Shown piece by piece: positions 11,938 through 21,798 of a stretch of 48,090 bases of DNA. Within the stretch, counting starts at the first letter, position 1. Every line of letters begins with the position of its first letter. This stretch comes from Hormoscilla sp. GTDB lineage: Bacteria; Cyanobacteriota; Cyanobacteriia; Cyanobacteriales; Desertifilaceae. The notes below the pieces were generated by a model, which was not told the origin of the DNA, did no database searches, and saw only the letters and a program-made list of their open reading frames with translations. The position numbers and the translations under genes were made by a program. Location of the stretch: assembly GCA_051439505.1 (NCBI GenBank), contig JBFRWI010000219.1:1-48090 (forward strand). The letters are read 5' to 3'.

Positions 11938-11974
11938 TTCGCTGTTAGCCCGCCACGGCGGGCTGACAGCGAAG
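11938..11974. terminator. Strong hairpin between convergent genes
   Basis: TTCGCTGTTAGCCCGCC-A-CGGCGGGCTGACAGCGAAG, a near-perfect inverted repeat. Confidence 0.55.
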
Positions 11975-12002
11975 TCAGAAGCAACATTTTTGACAAATGC
12001 TA

Positions 12003-12614
12003 TTACTGGTTAATAATTTGTAATTGGCATTGCTCGAAAACGTAATTAACCGCCCCAAATAACTCTGATAAATCGGAAATCCTGTAATGTTTAATGTTTT
12101 TAGTGAACCAGCGATCGCGCAGTTGAGCAAATTCCCAGACCTTGCCATTAGAGACGATCCCAAAAATGGTTTGCCCTTGAATCTGGTTAATTTTTTGGCA
12201 GGCTACCATTTCCGCTCCGCATTGCCCCCAACCAGCAGTAAAATCATCTTTTTTGGCCTCCACTGCCACAAAAAAAGGCTTATCAAAAACTATTTTCCCT
12301 AAAGGAGATTTTTGGGCGAGAAGATAATCTGGCACTCCCGATAAATCTTCATCATAAGTTAATGCTTGATGACTCCAAAGCAAAAAAAATTCCTTATAGT
12401 CGTACCAAATTTCCTTTAATATTGGCGCGATTAAGTTTTCACAAATAGCAGATTCTGAGTTATCGACTACTCCTTCTCTCAAATAAATTTCAAATCTTTC
12501 TTTGAAGCGATCGTCAAGCTGCAACTGGGATTCAATAATGAAATCATGTTCTTGATAAGTTAACTGAAACGCTTTGACAAGCATTCCCAGGTTTTTATAA
12601 GAAGTGAAAGCCAT
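12003..12614 (-). CDS. Hypothetical protein with a PD-(D/E)XK restriction-endonuclease-like fold
   Basis: LSGVPDYLL...VAVEAKK...GWGQCGAEM...IFGIVSNGKVWEF; GGAGG RBS. Confidence 0.7.
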   Translation of the reverse strand: MAFTSYKNLGMLVKAFQLTYQEHDFIIESQLQLDDRFKERFEIYLREGVVDNSESAICENLIAPILKEIWYDYKEFFLLWSHQALTYDEDLSGVPDYLLAQKSPLGKIVFDKPFFVAVEAKKDDFTAGWGQCGAEMVACQKINQIQGQTIFGIVSNGKVWEFAQLRDRWFTKNIKHYRISDLSELFGAVNYVFEQCQLQIINQ

Positions 12615-12745
12615 TTTTCCCTCCAGGGTTTATTTTTTTATGGGGTGGCAGCATGGTGTAAGGGGCGATCGCCAGTCTCCATAGACTATAATACCACAGG
12701 GGCGGGCTCCCTTATGTTTGTTCCTTGACATTCTTTCTGGAGACA

Positions 12746-13035
12746 CGCGAGGACTCTGCGTTGCATTTGGGAATATACATTGTTGGTTTGGATCATAGGC
12801 GATCGTCACCATCAGACCTTTTCGCGGGGACTCTGCGTTGCATTTGGGAATATAAATTGTTGATTTGGATCAAACCTTATCGCCCAAATGCTTCGCCCCT
12901 ACAAGTTGTCTTTGTTCTCGTTCTCGTTGTTGTTGCAATTATCACGATATTAAGACGATCGCCTTTGTAGGGGTGAAGCATTGCGGCGATAAGGTTTGAG
13001 ACCCACCGAAAATCTTTCTTCCGCAATGCAACACC
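12746..13035. repeat. REP doublet (GTAGGGG(C/T)GAAGCATT family) with 34-nt loops, plus a 50-bp direct duplication
   Basis: Inverted units end CTAC at 12902 and start GTAG at 12967. 12746-12795 repeats at 12823-12872 with 3 mismatches. Confidence 0.8.
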
Positions 13036-13094
13036 GAGCCACATCCCGCACGATCGCCCCACACACCCGATCGCCCTCCCAGCGCCATAATATC

Positions 13095-13160
13095 AGAAAC
13101 CGGGTTTCTTTGACTATCGAGGGTCGGGATGCGAAAATCTCCAGCAGAAACCCGGTTTCT
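13095..13160. repeat. AGAAACCGGGTTTCT hairpin family
   Basis: 15-bp perfect stem with a 36-nt loop. Related copies at 13802-13836 and 21970-22036. Confidence 0.8.
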
Positions 13161-13221
13161 CAACCACCACCCGATCGCCCATAAGGTTGGTGGGCGGTGC
13201 CCACCCGACGAGTATTATTAG

Positions 13222-13710
13222 TTACGTTTCCGAGACCACTTCCGATGTTTTGCTAGATAAAAGTTGCCTGACTCCAACTGTGATAAAATGAGACAGCAAA
13301 CCCAGGGGACCGGCAAACAAACACAACAGCAAAGAGTGCGCCGTCCATACTCCGGTTTCCTGTCCTTCTAAATAGATCCAGCGTCCCACAAATAGATCCA
13401 TGACGAGATAATGAACCCATCCCGCTGCCGTGACTTTGGGGTTCCCAAACGCGATCGCAAGATCGGCAAGTTTGGGGTTGGACAGGGTTTTAGCAGTTTC
13501 TGGGTCGAGAGTACCTGAAAACAGGTAAACATACAGTGCCGCCAGTAAGATAAAAGGAATAGGGGAACCGATAATCTGCCGAGTCACATTCCAGTTGGGA
13601 AGGAGGATAATTAAAGCCCAAAAGGGTAAAACGAACAGGTTAGCACCGGTAAATAACAGATCGAGATTCATCATATTTTTTGTCGCCGCAGATCGCGCCG
13701 TTGTTTTCAA
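13222..13710 (-). CDS. ABA4-like (DUF4281) membrane protein
   Basis: NLFVLPFWALIILLPNW, AAGWVHYLVMDLFVGRWIY, LCLFAGPLGLLSH. The true start may be about 13671-13674. Confidence 0.85.
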   Translation of the reverse strand: MKTTARSAATKNMMNLDLLFTGANLFVLPFWALIILLPNWNVTRQIIGSPIPFILLAALYVYLFSGTLDPETAKTLSNPKLADLAIAFGNPKVTAAGWVHYLVMDLFVGRWIYLEGQETGVWTAHSLLLCLFAGPLGLLSHFITVGVRQLLSSKTSEVVSET

Positions 13711-13878
13711 CTATGATAGCACATCTTGACAAATGTGCTATCTACGCTGCCAATTTTTCTGTTGGTCTGTCAACTCCTGTCCAGTTCACCAGTAGGATGT
13801 TAGAAACCAGGTTTTGCCGGAATTATACCTGGTTTCTTTACAGGCAGAGGATTGCTTTTCTTGCAAAGTAAATCTCTC

Positions 13879-14280
13879 TTACAATTGATTCATCGCTGTT
13901 TCCATAGCAGCTATAATTTCTGCAATTTCCGCACCATCTTCACTACTGTGGCTGATGTCTTTACTCATCGTTGTCGTCATAGTAACTGTGTAGGTGCTTT
14001 TCAGAGTCTTCAGCTTTTCATTCTTTTTATTGCCCATATAAATCAATAACAAACCGAGCAAAACTAATTCTGCACGTGCGATTCCTAGACCCACTATGAC
14101 TACTAGGACTCCTAAATAAATTAGCCTCAGTTTCAGTTTCTTTTCGGGATCCTTTCTGCTCGTCTTAATAGTATCGATATAGCGAATTTGATACCGATCG
14201 CCCTTGAGATCGAGCACATTCCTGGTGATGCGGATATCATTTTTGTTGTAAATCGGTTCTGCTGGAGTTTTTTCTAACAT
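13879..14280 (-). CDS. Small membrane protein, DUF6232-like
   Basis: Beta-rich N-terminus, two adjacent TM helices and a C-terminal helix. The upstream extension to 14352 is only REP sequence. Confidence 0.55.
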   Translation of the reverse strand: MLEKTPAEPIYNKNDIRITRNVLDLKGDRYQIRYIDTIKTSRKDPEKKLKLRLIYLGVLVVIVGLGIARAELVLLGLLLIYMGNKKNEKLKTLKSTYTVTMTTTMSKDISHSSEDGAEIAEIIAAMETAMNQL

Positions 14281-14362
14281 AGATTCACCACAAGTAAGTT
14301 GGTAGGGTGGGCATTGCCCACCAAGTAGGGTGGGCATTGCCCACCAAGTCAATTGTCAATTT

Positions 14363-15886
14363 TCAATTTCTCAGTGACCGCATATCGTAGCCAAACAAGT
14401 TGGGGTCAACCTCCTCTGTTAACTCTAGATCCTCTAAGCCATATTCTTGCCAGCGTCTTTCTACCATCGCTGCGACCTCCGGATCGGACTCCAGCGGTGC
14501 GCCCCATTCATGTTCCGTTTCTGGGGGGATCTTCGTGGTCGCATCGATCCCCATCCGTCCCCCTAAGCCGATTTTCTCACTGGCAAAGTCTAAACTGTCA
14601 AAGGGCGTATTCGGTAAAATAAATACGTCCCGCCTGGGATCGACCTTGGAGGCGATCGCCCAGACCACCTGACGCGGATCCCGCACGTTGATATTTTTAT
14701 CCACGACAACCACAAATTTGGTATAGGTAAATTGGGGCAATGCACTCCAAAAGGCTAAGGCCGCCCGTCGCGCTTGTCCGGGATAGGCTTTGTCAATGGA
14801 AATAATCGCCGCCTTGTAACTCAGGGCTTCCATGGGCAGGAAGAAATCGACGATTTCCGAGACTTGCTGTCGTAAAATGGGAGTGTAGATGCGGTTGAGG
14901 GCGATCGCCATCATGGCTTCTTCCTTGGGGGGACGCCCGCTGAAGGTGGTCAGATATATGGGATCTTGGCGATGGGTCATGCAGTGAAAGCGGATCAGGG
15001 GGGAATCTTCCCGTCCGCCATAATATCCCATATGATCGCCAAAGGGACCATCTGGCAAGACTTCCCCTGGAGTAATTGTCCCTTCTAAGACAAACTCAGA
15101 ATCGGCGGGCACTTCTAAATCTAGGGTCTTGCATTTGGCTAACTTGACTCCCGTGCCTCCGTATAACCCGGCAAATAGCCATTCTGATAGGTCTACGGGA
15201 ATGGGTGTGGCTGCTGCCATGATAATCAGGGGATCCACCCCCAGGGCGATCGCCACTTCTAACTGCTTGCCATTCTCTGCTGCTTTGCGGAGGTGACGGG
15301 CCCCACCCCGCACCGACAACCAATGTACAGTCATGGTATGGCGAGATTGCAACTGCAAGCGATAGACTCCGACATTGGGAGTTTTCGTCTCGCAGTCCTT
15401 AGTGATGACCAAACCCAGGGTGATGATCTTGCCAGCATCCCCGGGATAGGGACGGATCAGGGGTAACTGCTTGAGGTCTAACTCATTTTCCCCGACGACC
15501 ACCTGCTGACAAGGAGGGAAAAAGTCCCGTCCCGGTTTGGCCTTGACGACATCAAACAACACCTTGCCAAAGTCGATCGCCTGAGAGATCTGCTTCGGGG
15601 GTTTCGGTTGTTGCAGCATCGCCAGTTTTGTTCCCAGTTCCTCCAACTCCTGGGGATGCTGCATGTTCATCGCCCAGCAGATCCTCTCCACGGTCCCCAT
15701 CAAGTTGACCGCAACGGGAAAGGATGCGCCCTTGACCCGTTCAAATAGTAACCCGGGTCCCCCCCGTTGCAGCATCCTGTTGGCAATCTCGGCAATTTCC
15801 AAGTCAGGATCGACCAAGGCGTCTATGCGCCGCAGTTGTCCCCGCCCTTCCAGCAGCTTGATGAATCCCCGTAAATCTCTCGCCAT
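14363..15886 (-). CDS. ubiD: UbiD-family decarboxylase (probably plastoquinone pathway)
   Basis: NVGVYRLQ, DGPFGDHMGYY, GRPPKEE, VVVVDKNINVRD, LGGRMGIDAT. Confidence 0.93.
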   Translation of the reverse strand: MARDLRGFIKLLEGRGQLRRIDALVDPDLEIAEIANRMLQRGGPGLLFERVKGASFPVAVNLMGTVERICWAMNMQHPQELEELGTKLAMLQQPKPPKQISQAIDFGKVLFDVVKAKPGRDFFPPCQQVVVGENELDLKQLPLIRPYPGDAGKIITLGLVITKDCETKTPNVGVYRLQLQSRHTMTVHWLSVRGGARHLRKAAENGKQLEVAIALGVDPLIIMAAATPIPVDLSEWLFAGLYGGTGVKLAKCKTLDLEVPADSEFVLEGTITPGEVLPDGPFGDHMGYYGGREDSPLIRFHCMTHRQDPIYLTTFSGRPPKEEAMMAIALNRIYTPILRQQVSEIVDFFLPMEALSYKAAIISIDKAYPGQARRAALAFWSALPQFTYTKFVVVVDKNINVRDPRQVVWAIASKVDPRRDVFILPNTPFDSLDFASEKIGLGGRMGIDATTKIPPETEHEWGAPLESDPEVAAMVERRWQEYGLEDLELTEEVDPNLFGYDMRSLRN

Positions 15887-16097
15887 TGTTTTAAGATTTG
15901 TAAAGCTTGTCGATCTGATTATGCCCTGTTAGCAACTATAGAATTAATGCGATCTGAATAGCAATAAGTAGTAGGGCATAATTATTTTTAGATTTTCAGC
16001 AGGTAGTCAATAACGCTATAACCCATGCTCTGTGGTAATTTGAAGCTCTCTGGTGTCCAACTACGAACTACGAACTACGAACTACGAACTACTTATC

Positions 16098-17576
16098 ATG
16101 CAATGCCCCAAATGTGAATCCACCAACCTACGTAAAAACGGTCGTGCCGGCGACAGGCAGAGATACCGCTGCAAAGACTGCGGACGTGCTTTCGTCTATC
16201 CCAAATCCGCCGAACTGGTGCGGGTGCTTGACGAGGTCCAGGAGACTGCTGCGGAAACTGTATCCTTGCCCGTCCTGGCACAGCCCGATGTCCCCCAGGA
16301 CCGGGATAAGCTAAGTCTTTTAGCTTCTGTACTGCTGGAAACCCTGAATAGTAACGAGTTTCGCGACGCCGCCGCTGCCTTAGGGCGGCCAAATTGGCCC
16401 CAGTTGCCACCACCTCCAGCTCAAGCAGAGTCAGGCATCGCTATTTTACTGCTGGATGCGGAAAACCTGAACAAGTTTGATGCTCATCTGGAGCAGTTCT
16501 TGAGCGGGCTCTGCCGCTATCCCCTACAAATAAAGATTGCTTTTGCTAACTGGAGAAATATGCCCGCTGACAAAGATACTGAATTCTACGAACAGGGCTA
16601 TCAACTGATTCACGTCCCCTTAGGCAAGAATAGTGCGGATGCGCAAATGCTGGCCATGGGTGCTGGTATTTCTCGCCATTATCCCGATGCGAAAGAAGTC
16701 TTGGTCTGTTCTTCTGATTGGCTGTTAACCCACCTCTGTAATGAATTGCAAAACCAAGGCTTGACTGTCTATCGGGTGCGCAAAGAAAACAGGAACTTGA
16801 CTGTGGAAAATCGACTGACTGGGGAGAAAAATCACTATTCCCTGTCTCAAAAGTCGGAAATTCCCGATTTTGCTGGCCTGGTGCAACAGGTTGAGAAGCT
16901 GCTGGCCGAAGAACATGCCTCTATTAAGGATCGCATCGGCCAGTTGTCTGCTGTTGCCCAGCTGTTTGAAGAACGACACCGCCTGCATACTTCGGAACTG
17001 GCAAATTACTCGATCGATCGCGAACCGCAGCCCTTAGCCGAACCGACTGCTGCACCGACTCAGATAAATTCCCGGGAAGATTTAGAAAAGGCAATGCTCG
17101 CAACTATTGAGGCGATGCTACGCAAGCAACCGCCCATGAAGGTGACTGTGGTGAACCTCAGTAAAGAATTGCATAAGGTCTACGGAGAATCGGCGAATGA
17201 AATTATTAAGCGCTTAAAGCTAGCGCCTAATGTAAGTAATTTTTTGCAGTCTTGCCCAAGCTTACAACTCCAGAGTATTTTGGGAATAAACTTAGAAGCA
17301 GGAGATGTAAATAAACATGTTTCTGTAATTACTTCGCGTGCCGACTTAGAAAAAGCAATTGCTGCTATTGTCGGAGATTTAACGAGTAAATTTCCGGGGT
17401 CATTTATTGATATTTCCCATCTCGGAACTGAATTTCACAAGCGATACGGTCAAACTGTTAGTAACAGTTTGAAAATTTTAAATATCGGCGGGAAATTTTC
17501 TAATTTTTTGCAGGATTGTAGTTGTTTTAACTTTCAAAAAAATGGCAATCGTTATGAAGTTGCTCTCAAAAACTAG
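16098..17576 (+). CDS. IS1/InsA-like Zn ribbon + NYN (LabA/DUF88) nuclease + two OST-HTH/LOTUS-like repeats
   Basis: CPKC...RKNG...QRYRCKDC; LLLDAEN, KNSADAQM, VCSSD; two C-terminal repeats INSREDLEKA...FLQSC and ITSRADLEKA...FLQDC. The 16053 extension is an ACTACGA tandem repeat. Confidence 0.75.
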   Translation: MQCPKCESTNLRKNGRAGDRQRYRCKDCGRAFVYPKSAELVRVLDEVQETAAETVSLPVLAQPDVPQDRDKLSLLASVLLETLNSNEFRDAAAALGRPNWPQLPPPPAQAESGIAILLLDAENLNKFDAHLEQFLSGLCRYPLQIKIAFANWRNMPADKDTEFYEQGYQLIHVPLGKNSADAQMLAMGAGISRHYPDAKEVLVCSSDWLLTHLCNELQNQGLTVYRVRKENRNLTVENRLTGEKNHYSLSQKSEIPDFAGLVQQVEKLLAEEHASIKDRIGQLSAVAQLFEERHRLHTSELANYSIDREPQPLAEPTAAPTQINSREDLEKAMLATIEAMLRKQPPMKVTVVNLSKELHKVYGESANEIIKRLKLAPNVSNFLQSCPSLQLQSILGINLEAGDVNKHVSVITSRADLEKAIAAIVGDLTSKFPGSFIDISHLGTEFHKRYGQTVSNSLKILNIGGKFSNFLQDCSCFNFQKNGNRYEVALKN

Positions 17577-17636
17577 CTAATTGTTAATTGCCAACAGCTG
17601 TAATGGCATCGTTTTCTGGCAATTAACAATTAACAA

Positions 17637-19121
17637 TTAACAGCGTTCCAGGCGAGTCAGGAGTACAATTATCTCATCGATCGCCTGACGCAACTGGGCC
17701 CCAGAGAGATCGGACTGATTGATAATGATGCTGAAAACAACCGCGTCGTATCCGGGAACATCCAGATATCCGGACAAAGCGGCGACGCCACTCAACAAAC
17801 CGGTTTTCCCCTGAAGCATTCCTTCAGCGGGGGTGCCGCGAAAGCGACTTCTGAGGGAACCTTCTCTACCACCGGCAACGGCGAGGGAGGCGCGATACTC
17901 TGCTGCTGCGGGCGATCGGGCCATAACCTGGAGAGTTTGCACCAATGCTTCTGGAGTGACGAGGTTGTGACGGGATAACCCAGCGGCGTCGGTAAGGATG
18001 TAACTTTCTGGGTTAACTCCCAATTCGGTGAGGATGCGTTTTACCACCTTGAGACTATTTTTCTCTTGCTGATTTGTGGCCCCCAGGACTCGCAATAATG
18101 CCTCAGTATAAAGATTATTACTCCATTGATTGATCTCTTGCAAGAGTTCTGATAATGGTGGAGATTCGACGGCTGCTATTTCTCGGGTTGGGGGTTGACT
18201 AGAGGATGTTACTGCTGTCCGGAGAACGCTAATGCCTTCAGCGGCTAGGGCCCGGCGAAAATGCTGGAGAAAATTATTCGCTGGATCCACTACTGCTACG
18301 GCTGCATCTTCTGATGGGGCCCCCGATCGCAGCTGTCCGCCGACTCGCAAGACTCGACTGCGTAAATCTCGTCCGACGGCGATAAATTCTGGTTCTGTCC
18401 TGGCAACCGATCGGGAATTGTTTTCAATTCTCCAGCCAACAGCTTCCACAGGATCCTCCCACTCGACTCGCAAGGGTTCTCCTACCTCTTGAGGAACGAG
18501 ATTAAAAGCGATCGCATTTTCATTAACGATTAAGCTATTAACTGCGGTGCCATAGCCAGCTTGCACGTCTGACCATTCCCAGGTAGGATTAATAGTAGCT
18601 TCCTGAAAGTAAGAGTCATCGCCAATGAGTTGCTTGATGCGGCTAATTCCGAGGGCGTCGAGCTGTCGTGCTAAACTTTGTAATTGGGCAGGATCTAAAC
18701 TGGGGTCTCCCCGGCCCACGACTCGGACCCCTAAACTGTCCTGATAAACTGAGGTTCTAATCCGATAATCAGCACCCAGTTTATGTAAGGCGGCGGCGGT
18801 AATTAGCAGTTTAGCATTAGAAGCGGGAACGAAATATTTTTCGGCATCGCGACTGTAGAGAGTCTGGGATGAGAATAAAGGTTTAATTAAAATTCCCCAA
18901 CGCTGACGGCGGAATTGGGGGCGGGAGACGATCGCATCAATTTTCCCAGGCAGTTGACTGGGACAAAGGGATGGGGCAGGATTTTGGGCTATAGTCTGCT
19001 GGGGACTCTTGGCAGCAGCAGCCAGAAATGGCACCGCTGTTAATTGCCAAATGCAGATGGTGAGGAAAATTCTTACTTTTCTCAGATTGAGCATGTAATT
19101 CTTCTGTAAGTAGGTTATCAT
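17637..19121 (-). CDS. dacB: D-Ala-D-Ala carboxypeptidase/endopeptidase (PBP4, S13)
   Basis: PASNAK (SxxK), SNN (SxN), GKTG, GRGDPSL motifs and a signal peptide. Confidence 0.92.
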   Translation of the reverse strand: MITYLQKNYMLNLRKVRIFLTICIWQLTAVPFLAAAAKSPQQTIAQNPAPSLCPSQLPGKIDAIVSRPQFRRQRWGILIKPLFSSQTLYSRDAEKYFVPASNAKLLITAAALHKLGADYRIRTSVYQDSLGVRVVGRGDPSLDPAQLQSLARQLDALGISRIKQLIGDDSYFQEATINPTWEWSDVQAGYGTAVNSLIVNENAIAFNLVPQEVGEPLRVEWEDPVEAVGWRIENNSRSVARTEPEFIAVGRDLRSRVLRVGGQLRSGAPSEDAAVAVVDPANNFLQHFRRALAAEGISVLRTAVTSSSQPPTREIAAVESPPLSELLQEINQWSNNLYTEALLRVLGATNQQEKNSLKVVKRILTELGVNPESYILTDAAGLSRHNLVTPEALVQTLQVMARSPAAAEYRASLAVAGGREGSLRSRFRGTPAEGMLQGKTGLLSGVAALSGYLDVPGYDAVVFSIIINQSDLSGAQLRQAIDEIIVLLTRLERC

Positions 19122-19311
19122 ATTAAGAGCAGGCAGGCTCCGATTATGTTCCCCAAATCAGGCGATCTCTTCGCAGTCAGCCCGCCGGGGGTTCAAACCC
19201 CCGGCTAATAGCTAAAGTCGGTTGAAAACCGACTAATAGAATAATCCTGAGACTAATTGTAGCATTATTTATAGCTGATAAACTAGATTGTTGTCCATAG
19301 TGGAATATAGC

Positions 19312-20214
19312 ATGCACAAACAAATTGCATTTCTCGGACTCGGCATGATGGGCGGTCCTATGACCGCTAATCTAGCACGCAGCGGTCTCCAGGTAATGGC
19401 CTGGAATCGCACGCCCGATCGCCCCGGAGTGGAAGTTGCTGCCAGTGCGGGGGCGCGGGTGGTATCATCCATCCGGGAGGCGGTGTCGTCCGCTGAGGTA
19501 ATTTTCACCTGCGTGGGGGACGTACCCGACGTGGAAGCTGTCATTCTCGGACCAGAGGGCGCGGCGGCATTTGCCCGATCGGGAACTTTAGTGGTAGATA
19601 TGAGTACGATCGGGCCAGTAGCAGCGCGGAAAATTGGCGCGGAACTGCAACAACGTCAACTGCGCTTTTTGGATGCGCCAATTTCTGGGGGGGACATCGG
19701 GGCGCAAAAGGGCACTCTGACAATTATGGTAGGGGGCAACGAGGAAAATTTTACCGAATGCAAGCCCTTATTTGAAGTCATGGGAAAGACAATTCGCCTT
19801 TGCGGACCAATAGGTAGCGGTCAGGCGGTGAAACTCTGCAATCAGGTGCTTTGTTCTCTAAATTTAGTGGGTTTGTGCGAAGCGATGCAGCTTGCAGAAC
19901 AACAGGGAATTGACCCCATGTTAGTAGTAGAAGTTTGCAGTACGGGTGCGGCTGGTTCTTGGGCGCTGTCAAACTTGGGACCGAAAATTGCTGACTCTGA
20001 TTTTGCACCTGGTTTCGCTATCAAGCATATTCTCAAAGATTTGAGGTTGGTACGGGAAAGTCTTCAGTCTTCCGATCAAACTTTGCCCGGAATGGATATG
20101 GCCGATCGCTTTTTCCAGATCGTTAAAGAACTCAATGGCGGTACCGGTGGCGAACTGGGAACTCAGGCCATGATTCGTGCTTATCGAGATGCAAAGGGCA
20201 AGTCTCATGCGTAG
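19312..20214 (+). CDS. NAD-dependent 3-hydroxyisobutyrate dehydrogenase / 2-hydroxy-3-oxopropionate reductase family
   Basis: FLGLGMMG, DAPISGG, GSGQAVKLCNQ, HILKDL. The stop codon is the TAG of a REP GTAG tag. Confidence 0.9.
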   Translation: MHKQIAFLGLGMMGGPMTANLARSGLQVMAWNRTPDRPGVEVAASAGARVVSSIREAVSSAEVIFTCVGDVPDVEAVILGPEGAAAFARSGTLVVDMSTIGPVAARKIGAELQQRQLRFLDAPISGGDIGAQKGTLTIMVGGNEENFTECKPLFEVMGKTIRLCGPIGSGQAVKLCNQVLCSLNLVGLCEAMQLAEQQGIDPMLVVEVCSTGAAGSWALSNLGPKIADSDFAPGFAIKHILKDLRLVRESLQSSDQTLPGMDMADRFFQIVKELNGGTGGELGTQAMIRAYRDAKGKSHA

Positions 20215-20357
20215 GTTGGGTTGAGGTACGAAACCCAACTTATCGAGATGCAAAGGGCAAGTCTCATGCGTAGGTTGGGTTTGGGCAACGTTACCCAACT
20301 TTAACTATTGTCGCAGTTGGGTTTCACTGCGTTCAACCCAACCTACCCTATTCTACC
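20181..20357. repeat. GTAGGTTGGGTT...AACCCAAC REP family D with a 59-bp tandem duplication
   Basis: 20181-20239 is repeated at 20240-20299. The doublet 20268-20357 has a sister copy at 21014-21266. Confidence 0.85.
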
Positions 20358-20606
20358 AGATTCACCGAACATCTGGCGGCGATCGCCCTCACCCTAAAGG
20401 GTGGGGCTACAGATACAAAGCCCGCCTGCGCGGGCTATATTTACCTGGGGACCGCCTGGTAACGCGGGGGTTTGAACAAAAGGCGGGTTATCGGACTGTT
20501 TTGTAAATATGACCTTTGCGGGGCGACAGCGGGAATGCGATCGCCCGCGCTTTTGTAACTAAGTCACTTGTAGTAAAGAACGTACCGTGAGAATTTCATT
20601 TTGTTT

Positions 20607-20784
20607 TATAGCGTTTCTCAAATTGATATGATACTGCATAATTGCCTATTTGTCATTGCGAGGGGGGACAAGCGTGATAACTTATGCTTTCATAGAGTCG
20701 CGCAGCGTTGCGAGGCACGAAGCAATCTCCCCCCCCGAAGCAATCTCCCCAACAGCATATCACACTAATCTGAGAACTGCTATA
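20607..20784. mobile_element. MITE with TATAGC ends (IS630-like), carrying a GTCATTGCGAG...GAAGCAATC repeat
   Basis: Left end TATAGCGTTTCTCAAATTGATATGATA; right end (reverse complement) TATAGCAGTTCTCAGATTAGTGTGATA. Confidence 0.7.
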
Positions 20785-20980
20785 AGGTAGTTACAGCGGA
20801 CATGGGAACGATAATTACATTGAGAGATTCTCCCAGGGCGCTAAAGATTTCTAAGACATAACCCAACTCACCGCCATGAGGATGAGGAACGGTATCAATT
20901 AAGGTGGCAACATCGCCTTTTTTTAGCTGGTATTCGGGAAAGTTACGGTTTAATGAAACGCGCTGGTATAGTTCAATCAT
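20780..20980 (-). CDS. DUF4926-family protein, possibly 3'-truncated by the MITE
   Basis: LYQRVSL...LKKGDVATLID...GYVLEIF.ALGES. The stop codon lies inside the MITE terminus. Confidence 0.75.
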   Translation of the reverse strand: MIELYQRVSLNRNFPEYQLKKGDVATLIDTVPHPHGGELGYVLEIFSALGESLNVIIVPMSAVTTL

Positions 20981-21069
20981 TCTCCATTTTACTTCAACTC
21001 AACTGTTGTCGCAGCGTAGGTTGGGTTGAGGAACGAAACCCAACTTTAACTATTGTAGCAGTTGGGTTT

Positions 21070-21225
21070 GGGTGTGGTCAAAAGTAGTTGTAGCCGGATC
21101 CCCCCCCAACCCCCCCCTTGCGAAAGGGGGGGGGCAACCGGTGCGCCCCCCTTTTTAAGGGGGGTTTGGGGGGATCTCCGGGGCTGGGGTATCGATATTT
21201 TTATCAACTGGTTTTGAACACACCC
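21070..21225. mobile_element. 156-bp MITE inserted into a family-D REP
   Basis: TIR GGGTGTGGTCAAAA / GGGTGTGTTCAAAA (13/14). Flanks GTTGGGTTT (21061-21069) and GTTGGGTTG (21226-21234). Internal poly-C/poly-G hairpins. Confidence 0.8.
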
Positions 21226-21328
21226 GTTGGGTTGAACGCAGTGAAACCCAACCTACCCTATTCTACTATAAAATGGAGCAAGAGGAGTTTTTAAAGTTTT
21301 GGAATCAGATAGCTGTTTTTTGGAGACT

Positions 21329-21637
21329 ATGAAGGTGAAAGTGATTTCAATAGAACTAGCCCCAGAGTTAGGAAAATTTAAATTCCTAGGCTCGATCGGT
21401 TCAGAATGTCATCAGTGGACGATGACGGTGGAAACAGAAACTATTGCCGATCGACAAATTCAGGTGATTAAGGGAGATAAACATTTTTGTAATACTTTCA
21501 GATTTAACCAGAAAATAGCTATTGAACTGTATCATATTCTATCAAAGTTTAACAACGGGCAGCCAGTAGAACTTCCAGTAGAGATTGGAGAGTTTTCTCA
21601 AGTCGAAGTGGAACGAGTATCTTTTCAGTCCCGTTAG
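21329..21637 (+). CDS. Hypothetical protein
   Basis: 102-codon ORF with a GGAG RBS, lying between repeat clusters; no motif recognised. Confidence 0.6.
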   Translation: MKVKVISIELAPELGKFKFLGSIGSECHQWTMTVETETIADRQIQVIKGDKHFCNTFRFNQKIAIELYHILSKFNNGQPVELPVEIGEFSQVEVERVSFQSR

Positions 21638-21798
21638 CCCGCCGGGGGTTCAAACCTCCGCTACCCCGCCAGGGGTTAAAACCCCTGGCTAATAGCTTAA
21701 GTGGGTTAAAACCCACTGTCCACCTTGTCTAGATAAGGTTTTCAGTCGGTTTTCAACCGACTTCAGCTATTAGCCGTGGGTTTGAACCCACGGCGGAC
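21636..21798. repeat. Family-A REPIN
   Basis: Same arms as 2084-2304 in the opposite orientation, sharing the spacer piece ACCTTGTCTAGA(T/A)A(A/G)GGTTTTC. Confidence 0.85.

Noticed and set aside
14281..14352. N-terminal extensions such as WAMPTL / GGQCPPY in ORFs at 2885, 7789 and 14352
   Set aside because: These are translations of the family-B REP, not real protein sequence.
16098..16200. IS1 transposon
   Set aside because: Only the zinc ribbon is present; no InsB/DDE domain, frameshift motif or terminal repeats were found.
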